A stretch of 64,000 bases of DNA, taken from assembly GCA_011523365.1 (NCBI GenBank), contig WTGY01000005.1, forward strand, positions 5,651 to 69,650, written 5' to 3'. A program made the position numbers and the translations under genes. Of this stretch, positions 38,770 through 48,344 are shown one piece after another. Position 1 is the stretch's first letter. Every line of letters starts with the position of its first letter. The notes under the pieces were generated by a model. It was not told the DNA's origin. It worked only from the letters and a program-made list of their open reading frames with translations, and searched no databases. Source of the stretch: Caldilineaceae bacterium. Its GTDB lineage: Bacteria > Chloroflexota > Anaerolineae > Caldilineales > Caldilineaceae.

Positions 38770-40260
38770 TTGGACTTACGGGGCTTTTCGGCGCTTCTTT
38801 GCTGCTTTTCAATGGTTACTTCCTCCCTTAGTCGCTCAGTTCTCATTTCACTCTGCCTCATTCTCCTGCTCCCATTGCTATCTTCCTGTTCGGGTAGACT
38901 GCGGTCTCCGAGACTGATAGGAAAGCAGGAAACATACGCGTCCGGCCGCATACTGATCAAGTTCAATTCCGGTTTTTCCTCCGTTTCGATGACGGAGACG
39001 GCTAAAGAGTATGACCTGCAACCCTCCTCGATGTCCTGTGGCTCCGTACGCTTGCACAGTGTGCGTCCGGGAACGGAACTGGAGGCGGCGGAGGCATTCA
39101 TGCTGGATCCAGCGGTGGAATACGCTGAACCGGACTATTTGATCTTCGCGGCCTCGGCTGGTGAGAATGCCGCTAAGGAGGGAGGAGTAGTCAGCTATGG
39201 CGGCGCCGGATCAAGGCTGAGGCAATCGACCTTGCTGACAGCGAATGGTGGGGGAACGCCAAACGACCCCTTCTACGACAGGCAGTGGGCGCTGGCCAAG
39301 ATCAGTGCTGAAGCGGCCTGGAAGGTTTCCACCGGCAGCAATGTAATTATTGCGGTGATCGATTCAGGGGTCGACCTGGACCATCCTGAACTGTCGGCGC
39401 GTGTTCTGGAGGGGTACGATTTCGTCAATGAAGACTCCGAAGCGGACGACGATTACGGACACGGAACCTTGGTGGCTGGGGTGGCTGCGGCCGCTGCGCA
39501 TAACGAGAGGGGCATAGCCGGCCTGGCCTGGAACGCCCAGATCTTGCCAGTGAAAGTGCTGGACAGCCAGGGTCAGGGCGTTAGCAGCAACCTTACGTGC
39601 GCGCTCTATTGGGCTGCGGACGAGGGCGCAGACGTCATAAACATCAGTATCATCAGTTTTGGCCCGTCATTTGGGATGCAGAGCGCTATCAACTACGCTG
39701 CGAATGAAGGCGCTCTCGTGTTCTCGGCGTCCGGGAACCTCTATGAACAGGGAAATCCCGTAACCTATCCTGCTGCGCTCGACAACGTGATTGCGGTGGG
39801 CGCGACTGACAGAGACGATGCCCACGCCTGGTTCTCAAGCGCGGGCACCTTTGTCGATATTGCGGCGCCTGGGGTAAGCATTTACAGCCCGTTTCCCCCG
39901 ACACATGAGGAGTATCGATCGGTGAACGGAACGAGCCTGGCAACGCCTCACGTGGTCGGACTGGCCGCCCTGATCCTGTCGGCAGCTCCGAGCTTGTCCT
40001 CAGCAGAGGTGGAAGCAGTGATCCAGCAGAGCGCGGTCGATTTGGGCGACGCCAGCAAGGACGACAAGTTCGGTCACGGGAGAATCGATGCGTCGGCAGC
40101 GATGTCGCTCACCATTTCGTCTTTGCCGGTGCAGTTGCTGCTGCCGAGCGTGAATTCCCCCTCGCCGACGGTCACGCCGACTGCCACCCAATCGCCGACT
40201 GCCGATTCGACGCCTGAACCGTCACCGACCCCCAGCCCAACTCCGACACCAAGCCAGTAG
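38770..40260 (+). CDS. S8 family (subtilisin-like) serine peptidase, probable lipoprotein, Pro/Thr/Ser-rich C-terminus
   Basis: Catalytic triad context VIDSGVD, HGTLVAG, GTSLATPHV. Lipobox LLSSC. The alternative ATG start at 38812 is equally plausible. Confidence 0.85.
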   Translation: MDLRGFSALLCCFSMVTSSLSRSVLISLCLILLLPLLSSCSGRLRSPRLIGKQETYASGRILIKFNSGFSSVSMTETAKEYDLQPSSMSCGSVRLHSVRPGTELEAAEAFMLDPAVEYAEPDYLIFAASAGENAAKEGGVVSYGGAGSRLRQSTLLTANGGGTPNDPFYDRQWALAKISAEAAWKVSTGSNVIIAVIDSGVDLDHPELSARVLEGYDFVNEDSEADDDYGHGTLVAGVAAAAAHNERGIAGLAWNAQILPVKVLDSQGQGVSSNLTCALYWAADEGADVINISIISFGPSFGMQSAINYAANEGALVFSASGNLYEQGNPVTYPAALDNVIAVGATDRDDAHAWFSSAGTFVDIAAPGVSIYSPFPPTHEEYRSVNGTSLATPHVVGLAALILSAAPSLSSAEVEAVIQQSAVDLGDASKDDKFGHGRIDASAAMSLTISSLPVQLLLPSVNSPSPTVTPTATQSPTADSTPEPSPTPSPTPTPSQ

Positions 40261-40334
40261 CCGGTTCCACTTTGCCAGCAGCGCGAATAGCAAGGAACAC
40301 CTGGAGAGCCCGAGTAGCTTGAGTTCTGGTGCAG

Positions 40335-41603
<1,269 letters not shown>

Positions 41604-41859
41604 ATTCGTCTCTAGTTGGTTCTATGCTGTGGGGACAGTTAGTTTCGATGCCTGCCAGATGCCTTGGGTGAGCCCGAGCATCTGCGTTTTCGACAGAAGC
41701 CTTTTCAGCCGATTCCACAACGGTCGGCGACTTAACCGAGCCATTGCCGGCCAACTGCACCGGCCGCGCCCAGAGCTGGTGACCTGGGGGTTGACCTACT
41801 GGGGCCTCTACGGGCCAATTCAGTCAGGCAGTTCTTTTGCTTCAAAGAACAGATGACTT

Positions 41860-43338
41860 TCACAGTACCGGTCTCCTCAGGCGCCACTCCGTACTCTGTT
41901 CGTAGGCGTAGGCCGCCCTCAAAATCTTCTCTTCACCCATAGATGGGCCGAGCAGTTGCAGGCCGATGGGCAGTTCGTCGGCGTCGAATCCGCAAGGTAC
42001 GCTGATCCCACACAGGCCGGCCAGATTGGCGCTGGTCGTAAAAATATCGGTCAATATCATCGCGAGCGGATCGGCCACCTTTTCGCCGATGCGAAACGCA
42101 GTAGTGGGCGAGGTCGGCGAAAGGATGACATCAACGTCCCCAAAAGCCTCGTCGAAGTCCTGCTTGATCAGCGTGCGAACTTGCTGGGCTTTCAGATAGT
42201 AGGCGTCGTAGTAGCCGGCGCTGAGGGCATAGGTTCCCAGCATAATGCGGCGCTTCACCTCGGGGCCGAACCCGGCGCCGCGCGTCTGCCGGAAGTGGTC
42301 GAATATTGAATCACCGTCAACGCTGAGGCCAAAGCGGATGCCGTCATAGCGAGCAAGATTGGCGCTGGCCTCTGCGGTAACGACCAGATAGTAGACAGGC
42401 AAAGCCAGCTGCGTATTGGGCAGGCCGATCGGTACGATCTCGGCCCCGAGAGAGGCGAAATGATCGATGGCAGAACGGACTGCGTCTTCGACATCCGGCT
42501 GGATGCCTTCGACGAAATACTCTTCGGGGATGCCGATGCGCATCCCCTCTATGTCGCCGGTCAAGGTTGCCGAAAAGTCCGGCGCATTCACGGGCATGGT
42601 TGTGCTGTCGTGCGGATCCGCTCCGGCGATCAGTTCAAGCAGCAGAGCGGCGTCAGCGACGTTCTTGGTTATCGGCCCTATCTGATCAAGGCTGCTGCCG
42701 TAGGCGATCAGCCCGTAGCGGCTTACGCGTCCGTAAGAGGGCTTCAATCCAACGATACCGCAGAAGGAGGCGGGTTGTCGAACGCTGCCGCCGGTGTCAG
42801 TTCCCAGTGCAGCCGGCGCCTCGTCGGCGGCCACTGCGGCTGCGGAGCCACCGCTGCTGCCGCCTGGCACACGTTCCAAGTCCCAGGGGTTGCGGGTGGG
42901 GCCAAAGCCGCTGTTCTCGGTGCTCGACCCCATGGCGAACTCATCGGTATTGGTCTTGCCCAGTATAATGGCGCCGGCGGCCTGCAGCTTTTTCACGGCG
43001 GTGGCGGAGTAGGGGGGAACAAAGCCCTCCAGGATGCGGCTGCCGGCGGTCGTCTCGATCCCGCTGGTCATCAGCACGTCCTTGATGGCGAGCGGGATGC
43101 CCAGGAGCGGCCGGGCGTCTCCGCGGGCGCGCGCGGAGTCTGCGTTGGAAGCCGCTTCGAGCGCCTCGTCCGGAGTCGTCCGCAAGAAAGCATGCAAGCT
43201 ACCGTCCACTCGCTCGATACGATCAAGGAAGGCCTTCGTAAGCTCGACGGAGGTAAAGTGACCAGCTGCCAAGCCGGCACGCGCTCCTGCCACGCCAAGC
43301 GAAGTCAACTGCTCCGTTGAATTCAGATCGCCCATCAT
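41860..43338 (-). CDS. gatA: Asp-tRNA(Asn)/Glu-tRNA(Gln) amidotransferase subunit A
   Basis: Amidase signature [13 protein letters not shown], 492 aa, adjacent to gatC. Confidence 0.95.
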   Translation of the reverse strand: MMGDLNSTEQLTSLGVAGARAGLAAGHFTSVELTKAFLDRIERVDGSLHAFLRTTPDEALEAASNADSARARGDARPLLGIPLAIKDVLMTSGIETTAGSRILEGFVPPYSATAVKKLQAAGAIILGKTNTDEFAMGSSTENSGFGPTRNPWDLERVPGGSSGGSAAAVAADEAPAALGTDTGGSVRQPASFCGIVGLKPSYGRVSRYGLIAYGSSLDQIGPITKNVADAALLLELIAGADPHDSTTMPVNAPDFSATLTGDIEGMRIGIPEEYFVEGIQPDVEDAVRSAIDHFASLGAEIVPIGLPNTQLALPVYYLVVTAEASANLARYDGIRFGLSVDGDSIFDHFRQTRGAGFGPEVKRRIMLGTYALSAGYYDAYYLKAQQVRTLIKQDFDEAFGDVDVILSPTSPTTAFRIGEKVADPLAMILTDIFTTSANLAGLCGISVPCGFDADELPIGLQLLGPSMGEEKILRAAYAYEQSTEWRLRRPVL

Positions 43339-43415
43339 CGTTGCCCACCTCCATGCCGGAAGCGGGCACTGGTCTGCTCTGCAACCATCAAGCCATGTTA
43401 CCTATAGGTAATCCA

Positions 43416-43715
43416 CTATGCCCCGCCGTCATCGAAAACGGCGATGACGCGGAAATAGCCGTCGTCGGAATCCGGTGCGTTCTTGACTGCCTGCGAGTTT
43501 GGAAGGCATTCCTGCGACTCGTCGTCCGCCAGCACATTGCTGAGTGGAAGGACCTGAGGCGTTGGGGCCACGGCGCTTGTATCCACTGACTGGACCTGCT
43601 GTGCGTAGGACAGAATCTGCGCGAGCTGACCGGCATATTCGTCCAATTCGGCATCAGTCAGTTGTAATTTGGCCAGTTCAGCGACGTGCCGAACCTCTTC
43701 CCTTGTCAGTCTCAC
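43416..43715 (-). CDS. gatC: Asp-tRNA(Asn)/Glu-tRNA(Gln) amidotransferase subunit C
   Basis: LTREEVRHVAELAKLQL is typical of GatC. The GTG at 43715 is preceded by GAGG. The longer ORF-track form (to 43781) would run through an intrinsic terminator. Confidence 0.8.
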   Translation of the reverse strand: MRLTREEVRHVAELAKLQLTDAELDEYAGQLAQILSYAQQVQSVDTSAVAPTPQVLPLSNVLADDESQECLPNSQAVKNAPDSDDGYFRVIAVFDDGGA

Positions 43716-43755
43716 ATCGACCTCGCGGCGGAAGAATGAGGAAGTTTTCGTCCAC

Positions 43756-43787
43756 AAAAAAGCGCCGTGGGATTTGTCCACGGCGCA
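43756..43787 (-). terminator. intrinsic terminator immediately upstream of gatC (attenuator segments 3:4)
   Basis: On the - strand: GCGCCGTGG-acaaatc-CCACGGCGC followed by TTTTTT. Confidence 0.75.
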
Positions 43788-43945
43788 TCTCTGCGTATCT
43801 TCTGCGCCGTGGCTCTCCTTCGGTGCCTACGGCGCAGTGTAAACAGCGTTACCCGCTACCGCAGCACGCGCGATGCTGCGCTAGCTGCTGCACTGTTGAC
43901 TTCAGTGTGTGAAGAGTCCGTCTGTCTGGAAGAATCCCGATGCAT
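43788..43945 (-). promoter_or_regulatory. gatC leader with alternative anti-terminator pairing (segments 1 and 2 plus an upstream long stem)
   Basis: Segment 1 is CTGCGCCGTAGG (43837-43826). Segment 2 is CCACGGCGCAG (43812-43802). Segment 2 can pair with either segment 1 or the 5' arm of the terminator. Confidence 0.55.
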
Positions 43946-43951
43946 AGTAGA

Positions 43952-43980
43952 AGGATATTCGGTGTGGCCGAAATTGTCAA
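43952..43980 (-). promoter_or_regulatory. candidate promoter of the gatC leader
   Basis: On the - strand: TTGACA (43980-43975), 17-nt spacer, TATCCT (43957-43952). Confidence 0.45.
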
Positions 43981-44009
43981 ATGTTGGCATCGCTGGCTGC
44001 TGAGGGCAG

Positions 44010-44038
44010 TTGACAGGGGTCAACCGGTGGGATACAAA
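44010..44038 (+). promoter_or_regulatory. candidate promoter of the AAC(3)-like gene
   Basis: TTGACA, 17-nt spacer, TACAAA. The -35 lies within the palindrome GTTGAC-N4-GTCAAC (44009-44024). Confidence 0.35.
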
Positions 44039-44081
44039 AGACAGAATTCGGGAAGATTCGACCACAAAGGCGAGGAGAAGA

Positions 44082-44933
44082 ATGGGGGACCCACAGACGG
44101 AGGAGAGGATTGGCGAGGCGCTACGCGTGCTGGGATTGCCCAGAGGCGCCATCGTGTTCGTACATAGCTCGCTGAGCAGCATCGGGTACGTTGAAGGCGG
44201 CGCGGAGGCCGTAGTCGATGCGTTCCTGCGAGTCCTGGGCCCGGCGGGTACCCTTGCCGTGCCAACTTTCACCTTTTCGCATTCGAGCAGCGCCGATCCT
44301 GTCTTCGACCCGGTGCTTGATCCTTCTGAAATGGGCCGCCTAACGGAGGAGACCAGAACGCGGCCGGGGGCGCGGAGAAGCTGCCACCTGTTTCACTCCG
44401 TTGCCGCCCTGGGTGCGCACGCAAAGGAGATAGCTGCCAGCCACGGGCCGTCAGCCTGGGCGGAAGACGGTCCATTCTGGAAGCTGCATGAATTTGATGC
44501 CTATATTCTTCTGCTCGGTGTGCCCTACCTTCGGTGTACATTCTTTCATTTGATGGAGCAGCTGGTACAGGTCCCCTACCGCCAGTGGCGGGAAGTGGAG
44601 GCCCAGATCCGCGACCCGGATGGGACGCAGCGGCCGTTGCCGACGTTGACCTTCGGCCCCAAGCCCGGATTCGTGGGAAACGACTTCAACAGGCTCGGGG
44701 CGATGCTGGAAGAGCGAGGACACGTCCTGGCGGGGAGCGTGGGGAATGCCGTGGCGCGACTCTTCCGCGCCAGAGATGCTTTCGATGTTGGCATGGAACA
44801 GTATCGAGTCGATCCAGACCTCTTCCTGATGGCAGGGCGAGAATATACACAGGTTGGAAGCGGCGTTCTGACTGACGAGTTGCACAATGAGAAATGGGTG
44901 CTTGACCCTGCGAACATCTACAGAAGCCCTTGA
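44082..44933 (+). CDS. aminoglycoside N(3)-acetyltransferase (AAC(3)) family protein
   Basis: IVFVHSSLSSIGYVEGGAEAVVDAFL and the GTLAVPTF motif. The ATG at 44082 is preceded by AGGAGAAG. Confidence 0.8.
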   Translation: MGDPQTEERIGEALRVLGLPRGAIVFVHSSLSSIGYVEGGAEAVVDAFLRVLGPAGTLAVPTFTFSHSSSADPVFDPVLDPSEMGRLTEETRTRPGARRSCHLFHSVAALGAHAKEIAASHGPSAWAEDGPFWKLHEFDAYILLLGVPYLRCTFFHLMEQLVQVPYRQWREVEAQIRDPDGTQRPLPTLTFGPKPGFVGNDFNRLGAMLEERGHVLAGSVGNAVARLFRARDAFDVGMEQYRVDPDLFLMAGREYTQVGSGVLTDELHNEKWVLDPANIYRSP

Positions 44934-44980
44934 AACAGACTGGTGTTAACGGCAGTACACGACCAAGCCGGAATCTCCAA

Positions 44981-45320
44981 GAGGATTCCTGTGGGGAGGG
45001 TGCGAGGGCAGGCACAGGGCCGGCGCCTACGGGGATCTGATGGGACAGGCGGGACGTGGTCGGGCTGGACACCTTCGATTAGGCACCTGTTACGAATATC
45101 GACACCCGGTCGGCGACGGATGTTGTTGGGGGGGGCGTTGCGGGGGCTCCGCCCCCGCACAAGGGAGGGCCGACTAGGCCCGACCGCCCAAAGGCGAGGA
45201 GAGAGTGGAGAGGAGAGAGGAGAGAGTGCTCTGATTGGCCTAGAGAGATAAGATCGTGAACCGGTCGTGGCTCAGTCCTCACCCAAGACAGTGGAGAGTT
45301 CGCGCCAATATTGGGATTCA
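44981..45320 (+). repeat. intergenic repeat, subfamily A, copy 3 (core 45128-45190, purine-rich heptad tail 45196-45230)
   Basis: Aligns by eye with 6621-6980. Core hairpin 1 has its loop reverse-complemented (TCC instead of GGA), and the hairpin 2 loop is GACTA. Confidence 0.85.
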
Positions 45321-45432
45321 CCACTGATCGTCGGGTGGATTGATCGCGACTCTGCCCGGTGCTATACTGACAGCATCCCTTCCCTCCATAGTAACGAGTT
45401 TAGTGTTCTCCAACACCGTCAGGAGAAAGCTG

Positions 45433-46218
45433 TTGGGACATCTTCCTGATTTCGATCTTGCGGGCAAAGTGGCAGTGATCACGGGCGCTTCCAGGGGAAT
45501 TGGCGAGGCGATCAGCCGCTGCTTTGCAGCAAAGGGCGCCGCGGTCGTTTTGAGCAGCCGCAAGCAGGCAGCTCTTGACGAGGTTGCCGGGTCGATTCGG
45601 GCCACGGGCGGCCATGCGCTGGCCGCGGCCGCGCATACGGGCGACATGACGGCGGCAGAAGCTCTGGCAGAACAGGCGGTACGCGAGTTCGGCGGGATCG
45701 ACATTCTGGTAAACAATGCTGCGACGAACCCTCATTTCGGGCCGGTGCTTTCTGCGGAGGAGAGTCACTGGCACAAGATCCTCGACGTGAACGTGGTCGG
45801 CTACTTTCGCATGGCCAAAGTATGCAGTGCGGAGATGTCGAAACGGGGGGGAGGCAAGATCATCAATGTTGCTTCGATTGCCGGGAAAAGGCCGCAGCCG
45901 GGGATGGGCGTGTACTGCGTCAGCAAGGCCGGCGTGTTGATGCTTACAGAGGTGCTGGCCGCGGAGTTGGCGGCAGAGGGGATCCAGGTCAACGCGATCG
46001 CGCCGGGCTACGTGAGGACCGACTTCAGCCGTGCCATCTGGGAGAACCCGGAGCTCAATCAGACTGTGCTTGGGGTTATTCCCCAGAAGAGAATTGCCGA
46101 AACAGAAGAGATAACCGGCATTGCCCTTTACCTGGCGTCGGAAGCGAGTAGTTTCACCACGGGCGGCACGTTTCTTGTCGACGGCGGCCAGTGGGTTGAT
46201 GCCGGTCTGGGCGTGTGA
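45433..46218 (+). CDS. SDR family oxidoreductase
   Basis: [12 protein letters not shown] cofactor motif and YCVSK catalytic motif. The TTG at 45433 is preceded by AGGAGAA. The ORF-track start at 45340 would lie close to the repeat. Confidence 0.85.
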   Translation: MGHLPDFDLAGKVAVITGASRGIGEAISRCFAAKGAAVVLSSRKQAALDEVAGSIRATGGHALAAAAHTGDMTAAEALAEQAVREFGGIDILVNNAATNPHFGPVLSAEESHWHKILDVNVVGYFRMAKVCSAEMSKRGGGKIINVASIAGKRPQPGMGVYCVSKAGVLMLTEVLAAELAAEGIQVNAIAPGYVRTDFSRAIWENPELNQTVLGVIPQKRIAETEEITGIALYLASEASSFTTGGTFLVDGGQWVDAGLGV

Positions 46219-46300
46219 GCGGCCGGTCTGGAGAATGGACCCGGTCTCAAGATAGCATGCTATCGCAAGACATTTCAATGAAAGCGAATTTGACTTTGCA

Positions 46301-47488
46301 ATGACATCCGATATTCTTCCCGATCTTTTACAGCGTGTACGTCAGTTTATCGACGATGAGGTCGTACCGACCGAAAAGTTGCTGATCAGTCTGCCCTGGA
46401 ATGAAGTTGAACCCTTGCTCAATCAGAAACGGGAGATGGTGAAGGAGGCAGGCCTTTGGGGTCTAGCCCTTCCGGTCGATTACGGCGGGCAGGGATTGAC
46501 ACTGGCTGAGTTCGGACGCGTTAGCGAGGTGTTGGGGCGCACGCCCGGAGGACATTACGCTTTTGGTTGCCAGGCGCCCGACATGGGCAATATGGAGTTG
46601 CTGATTCATGCCGGCACACAGGCGCAACGGGAGCGCTACCTGCTGCCGCTCACCAGGGGCGAGATTCGCTCGTGCTTCGCGATGACTGAACCGGAACATG
46701 CCGGTTCCAATCCAACCTGGATGAGCACGACGGCGGTACGGGACGGCAGCGAGTTCGTTATCAACGGCCACAAATGGTTCACGACCGCGGCGGACGGGGC
46801 GTCATTTGCCATTCTGATGGCGGTGACGAACCCGGATGCGGAGAGCCGTCATCAACGGGCCAGCCAGATCATCGTAGATCTGGACACACCGGGGTTCCAC
46901 ATTGAGCGGAACATCTCGGTGATGGGCGAGGCCCACGGCGGCTGGAACAGCCACGCGGAGGTCTGGTTCGAAGATGTGCGCGTGCCGGTAGACAACCTCA
47001 TCGGGGAGGAAGGCAAGGGTTTTGCGCTGGCCCAGTACCGGTTGGGGCCGGGACGCATTCACCACTGTATGCGTTGGATCGGGATCTGTGAACGCGCCTT
47101 CGATATCATGTGCAGCCGGGCCGCGCAGCGGGAGGTTGCCCCTGGGCGGCTGCTGGGCTCCCAGGGGATGGTACAGGCGTGGATTGCGGAGAGCAGGGCG
47201 GAGATAGACGCGTCGCGGCTGATGGTGTTGGAAACGGCGCGTAAGATCGATACGGAAGGTGTTTTCGCGGCCAGAGACGAGATTTCGATCATCAAGTTTT
47301 ACGTCGCCGGCGTGCTGATGCGGGTGTTGGACCGTGCGCTGCAAGCGCTTGGCGGTTTGGGCATGAGCGACGACACACCGATCGCATACTGGTACCGCCA
47401 CGAGAGGGCCTCCCGCATCTACGACGGTCCGGACGAAATCCACAAGATGAGCGTCGCCCGACGCATTCTGCAGAAATATCAGTCGTGA
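46301..47488 (+). CDS. acyl-CoA dehydrogenase family protein
   Basis: 395 aa. CFAMTEPEHAGSN and RIYDGPDEIH motifs. Confidence 0.9.
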   Translation: MTSDILPDLLQRVRQFIDDEVVPTEKLLISLPWNEVEPLLNQKREMVKEAGLWGLALPVDYGGQGLTLAEFGRVSEVLGRTPGGHYAFGCQAPDMGNMELLIHAGTQAQRERYLLPLTRGEIRSCFAMTEPEHAGSNPTWMSTTAVRDGSEFVINGHKWFTTAADGASFAILMAVTNPDAESRHQRASQIIVDLDTPGFHIERNISVMGEAHGGWNSHAEVWFEDVRVPVDNLIGEEGKGFALAQYRLGPGRIHHCMRWIGICERAFDIMCSRAAQREVAPGRLLGSQGMVQAWIAESRAEIDASRLMVLETARKIDTEGVFAARDEISIIKFYVAGVLMRVLDRALQALGGLGMSDDTPIAYWYRHERASRIYDGPDEIHKMSVARRILQKYQS

Positions 47489-48082
47489 GGTTTACAGGGA
47501 TTCCGACAGGTACATAGTGAGCGTTCGCAAGCAGTCTGACGCAGGCCGTTTGATCTCCAAGAGCTGACCCTGCTAGAGTAGCAAAGTTTCGGACTACGTC
47601 ATGACTGTGCTGACAACACCACAGTCCTCCTTTTCAGGCATTACAGATCCAATCGTCACTTCCTAGCCAACACCGCTTTGCGCTCCATCGCAATCGACAG
47701 AGCGGAAGGTTTCCCTATTGCGGCGCCACTAAACTGAAGCGCTCGGTGTTTGCGCTCAACTGCTGCCGGCGAGTGCCACTGGCGTCAGAACGGATGCGCA
47801 ATACATAGGCCAGAATCCACAATTCGGGCCGGGATTAGCAGTACGCCTCGCGAAACAACGTCCACCGCATTGCCCCAATTCAGTCTCTTCCCGGCATCAT
47901 CGAATCGCGGAAGTGAGCAAGCAGCCCTTCAGGATCGCGTCCCCCTTGCCGAGCGGAGGATCCTGCGTATTTCCGTTGCTGCCCGACAAACACTTGCTCG
48001 GCGGCTTTCTGCGTACTCACGTCACTCAGTCAGTTCCACTCGCGCTGTAGGCTTCGTGCAGCATCCTGAGATTCAGCCAGTT

Positions 48083-48133
48083 GCGGAACCTCTTCAGGTC
48101 GCGCGGAACCTCTTCAGGTCGCGCTGAACCTCG
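48083..48133. repeat. 20-bp direct tandem duplication (2 exact units plus a partial third)
   Basis: GCGGAACCTCTTCAGGTCGC at 48083-48102 and 48103-48122, then GCTGAACCTCG. Confidence 0.9.
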
Positions 48134-48344
48134 CCGTCTGTACGATGTGCACAAAGAGTTGGGAGTTTACGTTGAATTTTGTGTCTTGCTCGCGACTTAT
48201 GGCTCGCGTGTCACCTTGTATATTGTGCGATTTACATAATAATCGGGCTCTGTTTTTGGCAGAATTGGCCGTGCAAACTCATGCCCCGCTGAAATATGCT
48301 TTGCTTGTTGTGAAATTCGTAACAATGAAAGGGGGCACTATCCA

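Noticed and set aside
41831-41850. Hairpin GTTCTTT-tgcttc-AAAGAAC downstream of gatA as a terminator; also GC hairpins after 27447, 29000 and 19596
   Set aside because: The stems are short or have large loops, and there is no U-tract on the relevant strand. They are too weak to call without Term-seq data.
43788-43945. T-box or glycine riboswitch as the identity of the gatC leader
   Set aside because: No AGGGUGGNACCGCG-like T-box sequence or UGGN bulge is present in the antiterminator. The CACCGAAGGAGAG stretch resembles part of the glycine-riboswitch core, but the partner GGAGAG/CUCUGG elements are missing. Only cmscan could settle this.
43859-43948. Leader peptides in the gatC leader (ATG-initiated MHRDSSRQTDSSHTEVNSAAASAASRVLR; GTG-initiated MQQLAQHRACCGSG)
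   Set aside because: Neither has a Shine-Dalgarno sequence. The first is not enriched in Asn/Gln codons, and its stop is 24 nt before segment 1. For the second, stalling at its early Gln codons would favour termination, which is the wrong regulatory sign.
48138-48155. NtcA- or CRP-type site (TGTA-N8-ACAA; also TGTA-N12-TACA at about 48218-48237) upstream of nirA
   Set aside because: The half-sites or spacing do not fit GTA-N8-TAC. No properly spaced TAN3T -10 element follows.
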